From Eledone cirrhosa (lineage: Eukaryota), in the NCBI GenBank assembly GCA_964016885.1, contig OZ024745.1, positions 126,170,001-126,234,000 on the forward strand: a stretch of DNA of 64,000 bases, written 5' to 3'. Numbering within the stretch: position 1 is the stretch's first letter; the number at the start of each line of letters is the position of its first letter. Below, piece after piece: positions 40,590 through 53,512 of this stretch. The translations under genes and the position numbers were made by a program. The notes beneath the pieces were generated by a model. That model was given only the letters and a program-made list of their open reading frames with translations. It had not been told where the DNA came from and did no database searches.

Positions 40590-40845
40590 TGCTGAGGAGG
40601 CCAAACTCCTCAAATACCTGTCGCTCTCCGACAGGTTTGCAGTCGTACCCCTGTCAGTAGAGACTTCTGGTGTCCACGGCCCCAGGGCTACCTCCTTAAT
40701 CACCACCACAGGCGTTGAGCTGGCGAGCCGCAGGTGTGAGCCCCGCGAGTTGGAGTGGCTTTTCCAGCGCGTCTCCCTTGCCGTACTCCGGGAAAAAGCC
40801 TTCTCCATTCTGTCCGCCGGGGCTGTGGGTGGGCCCCATCGCGTA
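40590..40845 (+). mobile_element. CRE-like non-LTR element 3' remnant
   Basis: Highly similar to about 53632-53887 (AEEAKLLKYLSLSDRFAVVPLSVETSG...FQRVSLAVLR). Confidence 0.8.
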
Positions 40846-41020
40846 CCGTTGTAGTTGTTGTAGAAGAAACAGGAAGACAACAACTGGAAAGTTTGTATCA
40901 TTTTAACTGACTCAAGACTTAACTTAAATAAACAAAACTAAACATTTGAATATTTTATAATACCGGGTATCAAGTTACATTTGAAGCTGAAGATTTAATT
41001 GTGTTTAACGAGGGAAACAC

Positions 41021-41099
<79 letters not shown>

Positions 41100-41557
41100 C
41101 CTCTCTCTCCCTCTCTCCTCGCTCAGATGCATAATTTAGGGATATAACTGATTGAATCGATATTAGATTACTGTTATTTTATATATTTCATTACTCTGGC
41201 GGGAGGAACACAACATCAATGATATAAAAATCCACGTAACTAAAATAATTGTTTTTACTTTTTTGGCACAAGGCCAGCAATTATCTCAGTGCATTACTGG
41301 TACTTTATTTTATCGACCCCGTAAGGATGAAAGGCAAAGTTAACTACATAACTAAAATAATGACCTAGTTAGTTAATTAGTGAATATTAATATTTGTACA
41401 TCTAAGTGTATTTTTGTATGTATATTTTTGAAAGTATATTAAATACTAACGTCCTATTCCGCTTCAAACTGCATTAGCCAAATATTCTTGAAGTGTACAA
41501 AACATCGCAATAACTGCCTCACATTAAAAATTAAAGGCTGTACTTCAATTATATATA

Positions 41558-41590
<33 letters not shown>

Positions 41591-41693
41591 ACGTACATAC
41601 ATATATGTATACAAACGTACAGTAGTATGTATATATATATACATACATGCACACATATATATATATATATATGCACGTATCGGTTTACCGAAC

Positions 41694-41956
41694 ATTTATT
41701 ATAATGCTTGGTTTGTTTGTAAACAAACAAACAGCCCGAATTACGCCGTACAGTGTTTAGGCAACCACGTCACCTTTTTGTTCAACACTGACACAGAAAC
41801 GATGTAGTAGTTTCAAGCTTATTAGCTATCGTCAGCATCGTATACCTTCATGTGTCAGTGTAGAACAAAAAGGTGACGTGGTTGCCTAAACACTGTACGG
41901 CGTAATTCGGGCTGTTTGTTTGTTTACAAACGAACACACCGAGCATTATAATAAAT
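41694..41956. repeat. Inverted repeat with about 100-bp arms enclosing a hammerhead
   Basis: 41694-41795 versus 41851-41956. Starts about 20 bp after a (TA)n tract. Confidence 0.92.
41799..41841 (-). ncRNA. Type-I hammerhead ribozyme motif
   Basis: Minus strand: acgatg-CTGACGA-t-agct(aata)agct-t-GAAA-ctac-TA-catcgt. Helix I is a perfect 6 bp. Confidence 0.75.
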
Positions 41957-41960
41957 ATTA

Positions 41961-42045
41961 AATATAGGAAGGCTTCTACAGGACTAGAACTGTTTCATTC
42001 CGGAGAAATGAAACAGTTCTAGTCTTGTAGAAGCCTTCCTATATT
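41961..42045. repeat. 39-bp-arm hairpin directly followed by (TA)n
   Basis: aatataggaaggcttctacaggactagaactgtttcatt / aatgaaacagttctagtcttgtagaagccttcctatatt. Confidence 0.92.
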
Positions 42046-42057
42046 AAATATATATAT

Positions 42058-42106
<49 letters not shown>

Positions 42107-42348
42107 TGTATACACACATATATATATACACGCATATATATATACACATATATATACACATATATACAAACACATATATATATGTATACACACATATATA
42201 TACCTATATATGTATACACACATATATATATATACACATATATATATATATATACACATATATATACACACATATATATACACATATATGCAAACATATA
42301 TATATATATATACACATATATATATACACTACACACATATATATATAT

Positions 42349-42400
<52 letters not shown>

Positions 42401-42639
42401 TTAAACACATATATATACAAACATATATATACACAAATATATATACACACATATATATACACATATATATATATACACACATATATGCACATATATATAT
42501 ACACACAAGCACTTACATATACGTGTATGAACTATGTCAATCAGCAATTAATTTTTAAGCACCATAAACAAACAAGCTACTGTGTGCAGGGATGCGGGCG
42601 ATGTGACCTAGTTCTGATGTAGTGGTTGTAATATATACT

Positions 42640-44530
42640 GATGGTGGTGGTGGTGGTGGTAGGGGGTGACATAGGGGGTAGGGGTGACATATGGGGTAGG
42701 GTGGTGGTGGTGGTGGTGGTGGTGGTAGGGTGGGGGGTCTGGTGGTATAGGGGTGGTGGTGGTAGGGTGGGGGTCTGGTGGTATAGGGGTGGTGGTGGTA
42801 GGGGTGGTGGTGGTGGTAGGAGTGGTGGTGGTGGTGGTGGGTGAAATAGGGGGTAGGGGTGGCATATGGGGTAGGGTGGTGGGGGGTGATGGTGCCATAG
42901 GGGTGGGGGGTAGGGGGTCTGGTGGTATAGGGGTCTGGTGGTAGGGGTGGTGGTAGTGGTGGTGGTAGTGGTGGTGGTGGTGGTAGGGGTGATGGTGGTA
43001 GGGGTGGTGGTGGTAGGGGGGAGGGTCGTGGTGGTGATGGTGGTGGCGGTGGTGGTGGTGGTAGGGGGGGGGGGGGGGGTTGTAGAGGTGGTGGCGGTAG
43101 GGTGGTGGTGATAGGGGTGGTGGTGGTAGGGGTGACATATGGGGTATGGGGGGTCTGGAGGTATAGGGGGGGTCGTCGCGGTGGTCGTGGTGGTGGTGGG
43201 GGGGGGGGGGGGGTTCGTAGAGGTGATGGTGGTAGGGTGGTGGTGGTGGTGGTGGGGGTAGAGGTGATGGTGGTAGGGGTTGTGGTGGTAGGGGTGGTGG
43301 GTAGGGGCGGGGGGTGATGGTGGCAAGGGGGGTGATGGTGGTAGGGGTGGTAGGGGGGGGGGGGGGGGGGTAATGGTGGTAGGGGTGGTGGTGGTGGTGG
43401 TGGTGGTAGGGGTGATGGTGGTAGGGGTGGTGGTGGTAGGGATGGGGGGTAGGGGTGGTGGTGGTGGTAGGGGTGGTGGTGGTGGTGGTAGGGGTGGTGG
43501 TGGTGGTGGTAGGGGTGATGGTGGTAGGGGTGGTGGTGGTAGGGATGGTGGTGGTAGGGGTGGTGGTAGGGGTGGTGGTGGTGGTAGTGGTGGTAGGGGT
43601 GATGGTGGCAGGGGTGGTGGTGGTAGGGGTGGTGGTGGTGGTGGTGGTAGGGGTGGTGGTGGTGGTAGGGGTGGTGGTGGTAGGGGTGGTGGTGGTAGGG
43701 GTGGTGGTGGTGGTGGTGGTGGTGGTGGTGGTAGGGGTGATGGTGGTAGGGGTGGTGGTGGTGGTAGGGGTGGTGGTGGTAGGGGTGGTGGTGGTGGTGG
43801 TGGTGGTAGGGGTGATGGTGGTAGGGGTGGTGGTGGTGGTAGGGGTGGTGGTGGTGGTATCGGTGGTGGTGGTAGGGGTGGTGGTGGTAGGGGTGGTGGT
43901 GGTAGGGGTGGTGGTGGTAGGGGTGGTGGTGGTAGGGGTGATGGTGGCAGGGGTGGTGGTGGTAGGGGTGGTGGTGGTGGTGGTGGTGGTAGGGGTGATG
44001 GTGGTAGGGGTGGTGGTGGTAGAGGTGGTGGTGGTAGGGGTGGTGGTAGTAGGGGTGGTGGTAGGGGTGATGGTGGCAGGGGTGGTGGTGGTAGGGGTGG
44101 TGGTGGTGGTGGTGGTAGGGGTGATGGTGGTAGGGGTGGTGGTGGTAGGGGTGGCGGTGGTAGGGGTGGTGGTAGTAGGGGCGGTGGTGGTGGTAGTGGT
44201 GGTAGGGGTGATGGTGGCAGGGGTGGTGGTGGTAGGGGTGATGGTGGTAGGGGTGGTGGTGGTAGGGGTGGCGGTGGTGGTAGTGGTGGTAGGGGTGATG
44301 GTGGCAGGGGTGTTGGTGGTAGGGGTGATGGTGGTAGGGGTGGTGGTGGTGGTAGTGGTGGTAGGGGTGATGGTGGCAGGGGTGGTGGTGGTGGTGGTAG
44401 TAGGGGTGGTGGTGGTAGGGTGGCGGTGGTCGGGTGGTGGTGGTGGTGGTGTGGTCGTCGTCGTGGTGGTGGTGGTGGTGGTGGTAGTGGTGGTGGTCGG
44501 GTGGTGGTGGTGGTGGTGGTGGTATGGTGA
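42640..44530. repeat. About 1.9-kb G-rich (GGT)n-AGG satellite-like tract
   Basis: Units of ggtaggggt(ggt)n. Source of the poly-Pro, poly-Gly and poly-Val ORFs. Confidence 0.95.
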
Positions 44531-44896
44531 CTGTTCGTAGTGACGGAGGTGCTGCTGGTGAATGTTGATGATGGTCGACTTTTTTTTTCTTTTCTTTGTG
44601 GCGGTTGTGATGAAATTGATAGGAGTGGTGGTGGTGTTGAATGTTGCTGTGATGGTAGTGGCATTGGTGATGATAAGAGTAGTAGTAGTAGTAGTAGTGG
44701 TGGTAGTAGTGGTAGTAGTGGTAGTAGTAGTGGTAGTAGTAGTGGTAGTAGTAGTAGTAGTGGTGGTAGTAGTAGTAGTAGTACCATTGGTGATGATAAA
44801 GAGTAGTAGCAGTAGTAGTAGTAGTAGTGGTTGTAGTAGTGGTTGTTGGTTGTAGTAGTTGTGGTGGTAATAATAGTTGCGGTAGTGGTGGAAATA

Positions 44897-45075
44897 ATTG
44901 TTTCTACTTTTGGCACAAGGCCAGCAAATACCCAGTGCATTACTGGTACTTTATTTTATCGACCCCGTAAGGATGAAAGGCAAAGTTGACCTCGGCGGGA
45001 TTTGAACTCAGAATGGAAAGGGCCGTAACTCTATGCTAGAAAGCATGGCGTCCGACCCTCTACCGATACTGCCAA
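44897..45075 (-). mobile_element. SINE family A copy with TSD tggaaataat
   Basis: Near-consensus copy. Confidence 0.9.
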
Positions 45076-45178
45076 TGGAAATAATGTCGATAGTTGTACT
45101 AGAAATAATAGTGATAGTAGTAACAGCAATAATTGTAGTGGTGCAGCAATTAGCCTTAATGATGATGGTGGTGTAGGC

Positions 45179-45247
<69 letters not shown>

Positions 45248-45263
45248 TGTTGTTGTTGTTGTT

Positions 45264-45339
<76 letters not shown>

Positions 45340-45355
45340 TAGTAGCACGAGCAGC

Positions 45356-45394
<39 letters not shown>

Positions 45395-45511
45395 TGTAGT
45401 TGCAGTAATAATAGATGGTGATGATGATAGTGATTATGAAGATAGTATATTTCTATAGAGGTTTAGAATAGATCTTGTTTAAAATGGAGTCTGTGTTGAG
45501 AAGGTGGAATA

Positions 45512-45676
45512 GTGTAGATGTAAGAGGTAGTTAGGTGTAGAGGTAAGAGGTAGTTAGGTGTAGATGTAAGAGGTAGTTAGGTGTAGAGGTAAGAGGTAGT
45601 TAGGTGTAGAGGTAAGAGGTAGTTAGGTGTAGAGGTAAGAGGTAGTTAGGTGTAGAGGTAAGAGGTAGTTAGGTGA
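45512..45676. repeat. 23-bp minisatellite, about 7 copies (gtgtagaggtaagaggtagttag)
   Basis: Read directly. Confidence 0.95.
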
Positions 45677-46026
45677 TAGATGAGAAATCTATTGCCCATA
45701 TGTGTAACACAGTTCTTTCAAACAAAAGAATAATAATCACTCTACATATATATATATACTTGTATATATTTTTATGTATATATATAGATGCATGAATAAA
45801 TAAATATATGCATATACATACATACATGCACATACAGAAACAATCAAATAACACAGATAACTGAAATATGTATACATATATACATATATACATCTTTATG
45901 TCTGATGCAGATAGGTATCGTGTCATTGTCTTAGCTAAAAGAGTTGTGAATTCATATCCCTATCTTGACCAAACTGTTCATTTTCTTTTTAATTTCTCAA
46001 AACATTATGTGACCTACGATTAGAGT

Positions 46027-46342
46027 AGGGAGTGACCTGGCAACAGAACAGGGAGTGACCTAGCATCAAAATAGGGAGTGACCTGGCAACAGAACAGGGA
46101 GTGACCTAGCATCAAAATAGGGAGTGACCTAGCAACAAAACAGGGAGTGACCTAGCAACAAAACAGGGAGTGACCTAGCAACAAAACAGGGAGTGACCTA
46201 GCAACAAAACAGGGAGTGACCTGGCAACAGAACAGGGAGTGACCTAGCATCAAAATAGGGAGTGACCTAGCAACAAAACAGGTAGTGACCTAGCAACAAA
46301 ACAGGGAGTGACCTAGCAACAAAACAGGGAGTGACCTAGCAA
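46027..46342. repeat. 23-bp minisatellite, about 14 copies (agggagtgacctagcaacaaaac)
   Basis: Read directly. Variant units alternate. Confidence 0.95.
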
Positions 46343-47961
46343 TAGAGCAGGTGAGAAAAAATATGGAAGGCAAATACGAAAGACAGAAAGAAAAAAATGA
46401 CTTGTTGGGGGATCTCACTGAGCTGGGTGAAAAATTGGTGAAGCTGTTGGCAGCTTTTCAACCCTGTGATCAATGAATCATATCATACTGAACATATTGT
46501 AACAGATGAGGATTTAGTCATGGTTGAGTACAGAAAAGGCGTGTGTCTCTGTCTCTTGGTTAGAGCTTGCATTATTAGCAAGCTTGTGTTGCATGTACAC
46601 ATACAATCATGTCTCTCCCCTCGCCTATCGCTCTCTCTCTATATCTATTTATCTATCATACACAGACAAATTATCTTTCACAAACAGAGAAGTGAAATCT
46701 GCTTCTGGTATAATGGAGTTGACATAATGCAAACTATTTTATTGATTCTGGAACAATGAAAAGTAAAGTCAACCAAAGGGGATTTCAATTGAAAATGTAG
46801 GTTATAAATATTGTTGTACATTTAGTCCCCACCCATCACTCCCCACCAACACATAAATTCTCCTCAAAATACACTTTAACATCTAAATAAAAAAGGACAC
46901 AATCAGGATAATAATCAGAGGCTAGACTTAGATACCTACAACTTTAAAAGCCCCCCAGAGCCAGGTAGTTGTGTAAAGCAAGATAATGGATTAAGTCTAT
47001 CATATACGTGGTCCATAGGGAAATGTGAACTCAGAATGAAAAGATACAGGACAACTATTGCAGGGCATCATGTCCACCATTCTTATGATTCTGCTCTAGA
47101 TATTTTAGATATGATTCCAAAAGGATGAAAGGCAAAGTTGACTTTAATTGTTAAAGGGACTCAAGGGTTAGAGTGAACTAAATCTGAACCAGGTTGAGAT
47201 TTGAACTCAAATGCAAAGAGCAGGAACAATTATTGCAAGGCATCCTATTATGTCCAATGCTAGATAGACACTAAATTTATCAACTCCAGAAGCATGAAAT
47301 GCAATATTGACTGTGGCAGATTTTGAAAACAGAATGCAAGGTGCCGTAATAAATATATTGTAAAGTATCTTGTTTGACACTCTAAAGATTCTGCCAGTCC
47401 ATCACCTTTAATTACAACATTTTGACTTACTAAATATGAAAGCAGAATGAAGAACTGCTTAGTGATGTGTAGAAATAATTGTTTCTACTTTTGGCACAAG
47501 GCCAGCAATTACCCAGTATAGAAATAATGATTTCTAACTTAGGTACAAGGCCAGTATTTTGGGAGAGAGCAAGTTGATTTAATATACCCTAGTAAATAAC
47601 TGGTACTCCATTTTGTTCTCAGGTGGGGATTTAAACAACACAGAATATAAAGAACCAGAACAAATACTGTTAAGCATTTCTCTGATACTCTAATGTCTCT
47701 GATGTGTAGAAATAAGAGATAATTGTTTCTACTTTTGGCACAAGGCCAGCAATTATCTCAGTGTATTACTGGTACTTTATTTTATCGACCCCGTAAGGAT
47801 GAAAGGCAAAGTTAACCTCGGCGGGATTTGAACTCAGATCATAAAGGGACGTAACTCTGTGCTTCAAAGCATGGTGTCCGATAATATATAATGAATAATA
47901 AATATGTACAAAGAAATACTTGCATTAAAAAAGTAAGTCATGTGTTAATATCAATGTAGTG

Positions 47962-48116
47962 CAGGGTTTCACAAACATTTTCAAACATGGAACCCTCTTT
48001 GGTTCAGAAACGTTTGGAGAACCCCAAAGTCTAATATGGTTGTAATATAAATATACTCCTCTACCTTTTTTCATGGAACCCCAGACACTCCTTTGCGGAA
48101 CCCTTCAGAACTACTG
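47962..48116. mobile_element. hAT-type MITE
   Basis: cagggtttcacaaac...agaactactg with an 8-bp TSD (atgtagtg / atgtagtt). Confidence 0.75.
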
Positions 48117-49034
48117 ATGTAGTTTATGCATGTGGTTTACCTCCATAGCATCCAGTCTTATCACAATTCACTAATCCTTTTGATACCAACCCAGCCACAA
48201 CTGGCTCTAAAGAAAAAACCTTACCCATTTTAAAGGGTTTCTATTTAAACAAAAATCTTCCAACATAATTTTATATAAAAAACCATATGTTAAATTTATA
48301 TCTCAATAATAAAATAATAATTTTAATAAATCCTTCAAAATTTTTCATTAATTAATTGAAATAGAGTGTCGTTCATTAGAAATATGGTAACGAAAGGGTT
48401 AAACTGTTGAATTAGTTGAAGGATGAAGTTGACACGAAGAACCAGGAAAATGCTTATAGATTATTATTTGATAATTCATGAGGCACTCACTTTCAAATAG
48501 AAAAAAGCTTTTAACCAGAGTTAGAAATGTCAATGGAAAGTGTTCGGGTGGGGAGTTCTAGGCCAATTTTTGGCAGATACAAAACAATCCAGCTATAAAA
48601 TAAGAATGTGACTAACAGTAGGTTATTATCATCAAACTCAGCATCGCATCCACTGAATGCTGCATCTATATCTGTTAAGCTGTGCAGTCACCATCCCTAA
48701 ACTTTGGAAACCATTTTTGACATTTTCACATAGATACCATAAACTTTTTTCAATGTTTCAATGTTCCATGTAGCATTCTTCTCCTCTACCAACATTTCCC
48801 CACACCACCCTCTTAGTTTGAACTCATAACACATTATATGCCTGATGTGGGTTTTATGGGTTAGTTCTGATATTGTTATGTTAATGAAGGGTTTCATGAG
48901 CGAGCAAAATATATAAATAAATCTACTAATAAAAATGGTGTCATGACAAGTGACACTGTTTGTAAAGTATGTAGCAGAGATATGAGAGATATCCAACTAC
49001 TTCATTCTAGTTGTATGTGATGGTTCTGGCTTAA

Positions 49035-49259
49035 CCCTTTAGTATTTACATTACTCTATATATATATATGTTTCCTCTCACCCCCTTTTTTCTAAATGTC
49101 TCTCCCCCACTCCCCTACATACCCTTGGAACTCTCTTCCCACACACTTTTCGCCTGAAGAAGGGCTTCGCCCGAAACGTCCCCCCCCCCCACTCTCAAGA
49201 GCGTGAAACTAATAAACCTTTGTTCGTACTGCCTCTCTGTTTTGTTCCCGTTCAATTTT

Positions 49260-49298
<39 letters not shown>

Positions 49299-49489
49299 TG
49301 TTGTATTTTCACAGTAAACATTTTATTTCACATAATTATCTCACATAATATCAAATCTACGAGATTTTGATATCATTTATTTTCAGAAGAATACCTTAAC
49401 ATAAGTATGAACAGCCAGTTAACAGCTGGTTTGAACAGAAAGAGGTTAGAGAGTTCTGGCCGGATATGGCTGGTTTAAATGCTAAAGGG
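49035..49489. mobile_element. piggyBac-type MITE interrupted by a hammerhead-bearing insert
   Basis: TTAA-CCCTTT...AAAGGG-TTAA. About 250 bp longer than the 54325 copy. Confidence 0.85.
49148..49208 (+). ncRNA. Minimal type-I hammerhead motif (PLE type)
   Basis: tttcgc-CTGAAGA-a-gggc(ttc)gccc-GAAAC-GTC. The helix I partner gcgtgaaa is displaced by a poly-C-containing stretch. Confidence 0.75.
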
Positions 49490-49587
49490 TTAAAAAAAAA
49501 TACATATAATAGAATTGCTATATTACATACTTTACATGAGATATGTGTTTTAAATTGGGAATGTCTTTGTGTGCGTTTGAGAATAAG

Positions 49588-49681
49588 TGTGTGTGTGTGG
49601 GTGTGTGATCCTGTGTGTGTGTGTATGAGCCTGTGTGTGTATGTGTATGAGCCTGTGTGTATATGTGTGAGCATGTGTGCG

Positions 49682-49712
<31 letters not shown>

Positions 49713-50092
49713 GTATATATGTGTGAGCATGTGTGTGTATATATATATGTGTGAGCATGAGTGTGTGTATGTGAACATGGGTGTGTGTATGTGTGAGCAT
49801 GGGTGTGTGTGTATGTACATGACCATGTGTGTGTGAGCATGTGTGTGTATATGTGTGAGCATGAGTGTGTGTATGTGTGAGCATGGGTTTGTATATGTGT
49901 GAACATGGGTGTGTGTATGTGTGAGCCTGTGTGTGTGTGTGAGCATGAGTGTGTATATGTGTGAGCATGTGTGTGTGTATATGTGTGAGCATGGGTGTGT
50001 ATATGTGTGAGCATGGGTGTGTATATGTGTGAGCATGTATGTGTGTAGGTGTGAGCATGTATGTGTGTGTGAGCATGTATGCAGTGTGTGTG
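49588..50092. repeat. Degenerate (TG)n / gtgagcat minisatellite
   Basis: Read directly. Confidence 0.9.
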
Positions 50093-50879
50093 TTTGGTTG
50101 TGGTAGAAGCTTACAGGACAACTAATCACTGTTGGGTGTTTTGTATCTTGTCACCAGCATTGTGATTTATTTGTGACCAATACAATGTTTGAAATGAACT
50201 AATCCAAATTATCAATAAATGGATTAAAGCAGAGTAGGAACAACTTCTCATTCAACTATATGTCACATTAACCCTATAAACATTGGTTGAGTGAAGTCAC
50301 TTCAATACACAACTCTCTTGCAAAATGAGGATATTTAACCCTTTAGCATTCACACTACACCTAAAGTTATGTTGGTGCCACAACATCCAGTCCTAAATAA
50401 ATGAGCTTGTGTAGGTGTCACGACAAAAAAACACAGTCCACGCTGTAATGTGGCCGTGAAGGTAACACGGTAAAAACCTCCCAGTCCACACTGTAAACGT
50501 GGTTGGTGTTAGGAAGGGCATCCAGTCGTAGAAAACCTGCCAGACAGTCCTATACGAGCAAGACAACCAATCTTGCCTCACGTGGGACAATTCCCGTCTA
50601 AACCCATGCTAACGTGGAAGATAGACGTTAAACGACGATGATGATGGTGATGATGATGATGATGATGATGATTACTCTATATATACTATTATATTTTCAT
50701 GGTAAAGGCTTTACCTCGCATAATTATCTCACATAATATCGAATCTATGAGATTTTGAAAGTATTTATTTAGAGAACAATACCTTAACATCAGTTTGAGT
50801 GACCAGTTACAGCCAGTTTCAACAGAAAAAAGTAGAGAATTCTGGCCAGTTTTGGCCGGTTTGAACATTAAAGGGTTAA

Positions 50880-51085
50880 AAGATAGGGATGTTGTGTGTG
50901 ACTGCAGCATTACACCACAGACTACGCAGCACCTCCTGACATGCCCCCTACTGGAACACCCCTGCACAGTATTGGACTTGGCAGAGTTTAATAAGAAAGG
51001 ACAGCAATGTGTTCAGCTGTGGTGGAACTACATCTAACCAAGCTTTGTAACTGGCACTCTTGTGGACACGACAAGAAGAAGAATA
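50880..51085 (+). mobile_element. LINE 3' remnant with a C-terminal CCHC knuckle and an (AAG)n tail (Ingi/I-group-like)
   Basis: CDCSITPQTTQHLLTC...TVLDL...*, then ggacacgacaagaagaagaa. Confidence 0.65.
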
Positions 51086-51799
51086 AGCAACTTGAAAAAC
51101 TGTCGACCAAAATTGACTTAGTTACTACTTGCCAATGGACCCGAACATGGGGCCTTATAATAAGCTGAATGTGGTCAGCAGTATACAAAACTTTTAAACT
51201 TATCACTTGCAATTACCTACCACCAGGTGGATATCTGGCTCACCTATTTGGCCATCTATATCATTGATAATGTTGCTGCAATTATCTTTCTCAGTATAAT
51301 TTAAGTATGTATGCAAAAGAAAAAAGATGAACTGGCCATGAATGAAATGCATGTGATCATATGTTTGTTTGATCAGGGTTGACATGGGGCTAAACAACTA
51401 CACCACATCATATTTATGGTCTCCATTTCCTATAACAAAACATTCATGTAGTCATTCAAGATGTGTGTATGCAGAGAGATGCTGCAGATGTCAGCAACCT
51501 ATACTATCCCTCATGATATGAACCCAACTCAGACAGTGTGTGAGAATGCTCTCTGGCATGCCGACCCCTAGTTGCAAGCTGCCTCATGGTCCCACCCATT
51601 TCAAGTTGTTCCCACAACGAAAGTGCTACCAGTGTCTACCTCCTGTCCATGCATGATCGCTATTTGTCACAGCCATCATGATAATATATCGGGCATCTCA
51701 CACACAAAAGCAATGAAATAATGGCTTTATAAATTTATCTGCAATTTATTGACACCAAGGTAAACATTTAGGACATTAGAAGAAGTCATGCATAGTTCT

Positions 51800-52235
51800 G
51801 TGGTTAAAATATGACCATGGGCAGGCTTGTATAGTAAAGAAATGAGTGTGGGCATGGCTGTGTGGCTAAGATAGGACCACAATCATGGCTGTGTAGTTAT
51901 GATATGATATTGGGCCTAGGTGTGTAGTTATGATATGATCAAGGGTCTAGCTGTGTGGTTATGATATGACCAAGGATCTGGTTGTGTGGTTACAATATAA
52001 CCAAAGACCTGGTTGTGTGGTTACAATATGACCAAGGGCCCGGTTGTGTGGTTACAATGTGACCAAGGACCTGGTTGTGTGTTTACAATGTGACGAAGGA
52101 CCTGGTTGTGTGGTCACAATATGACGAAGGACCTGGTTGTGTGGTTACAATATGACCAAGGGTCTAGCTGTGTGGTTACAATATAACCAAGCACCTGGTT
52201 GTGTGGTTACAATATGACCAAGGACCTGGTTGTGT
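51800..52235. repeat. 31-bp minisatellite, about 13 copies (atgaccaaggacctggttgtgtggttacaat)
   Basis: Period 31 (gttgtgtgg at 51981, 52012, ...). Confidence 0.9.
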
Positions 52236-52390
52236 TTTGGAAGCTCACTCCACATCTCTGCCTTGCATCAACCAAAACATTGTTGAGTGAAACTGGGTAG
52301 ACAGAAACTTTGTGGAAGCCCAAAATTATTTCAAATCTTTTTTTTTTTTTTTGCTATTATACTCTACTCAATTCATAAATCTATGTTCTG

Positions 52391-52850
52391 CACACACACA
52401 CATACTGTCTCTCTCTCTCTCTCTCTCTCACATACATACAGTCTCTCTTTCTCACACACATACATACTGTCTCTCTCTCTCACACACACACATACATACT
52501 GTCTCTCTCTCTCTCTCTCACATACATACAGTCTCTCTTTCTCACACACACATACATACTGTCTCTCTCTCTCACACACACACATACATACTGTCTCTCT
52601 CTCTCTCTCACATACATACTGTCTCTCTCTCTCTCACACATACATACTTACTGTCTCTCTCTCACACACATACATACTTACAGTCTCTCTTTCTCACACA
52701 CACATACATACTGTCTCTCTCTTACACACACACATACATACTTACAGTCTCTCTTTCTCACACACACATACATACTGTCTCTCTCTCTCTCACATACACC
52801 CTGTCTCTCTCTCACACACACATACACACTCTCTCTCTCTCACACACACA
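52391..52850. repeat. Compound (CT)n(CA)n-catactgt minisatellite
   Basis: Read directly. Confidence 0.9.
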
Positions 52851-52986
52851 CGTGTATACACACAGCAGATACTATTTAAAGTGTAAGACATCGATATTGT
52901 TATTACGTAAAAATGTGTCGAGGAAGAATTACAAAAGACAGACAGACAGACTGGACAACAAACATCTCTCTGTACTTCTTACAATA

Positions 52987-53174
52987 CAGGTAAAATTCCG
53001 TTATAACGAATACCATTATAACGAATGTTTCAGAATAACGACATTTTTTACAATCCCCAAGGTAATAACAAACAAACGTTCTATTTGTTTCGGTCGATCT
53101 CGTTATAAAGAATTTTTCGTTACAACGAATTTTTTTATATACCCTGTGAATTTCCTTATAACGGAATTTCACTG
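52987..53174. mobile_element. Tc1/pogo-type MITE
   Basis: TA-caggtaaaattccgttataac...cttataacggaatttcactg-TA, with internal cgttataacg subrepeats. Confidence 0.8.
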
Positions 53175-53512
53175 TATTAGATTTTTGATTTTTGAAGAGG
53201 CTATGTAGCCGGTAAGAGTGTCAGACACCAGGAGTTGCGGCACACACACACACACATATCTACACATACATATTCATAAATAGACACATTATACAAAATA
53301 ATTATTATATACACACATATCTACATATTGATCGAGGAAGGAAGGGGCTGGTGAAACGTTATAGCGATATGTGTTGTGTCCCTTTAGAGTTTACCGGCTA
53401 CACAGCCTATTCGATTTTTTTTTTTTTTGTATGCTTGTATACGTGAGCTAATTGAACTAAACATATAAGACTTCTTGCTTCCACACAACTTTCTCATACA
53501 AGTACTTTTCTC

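Noticed and set aside
42577-44940. 787-aa Pro-rich ORF (formin/extensin-like) and the antisense Gly/Val ORFs
   Set aside because: Translation of a (GGT)n-type tract, open in several frames. It starts inside a SINE and has no globular domain.
46027-46342. Possible CRISPR-like array (also 45512-45676 and 51800-52235)
   Set aside because: Head-to-tail units without unique spacers, eukaryotic context and no cas genes.
46440-46545. Peptide NESYHTEHIVTDEDLVMVEYRKG as an exon or transposase piece
   Set aside because: No clear splice sites or recognisable motif.
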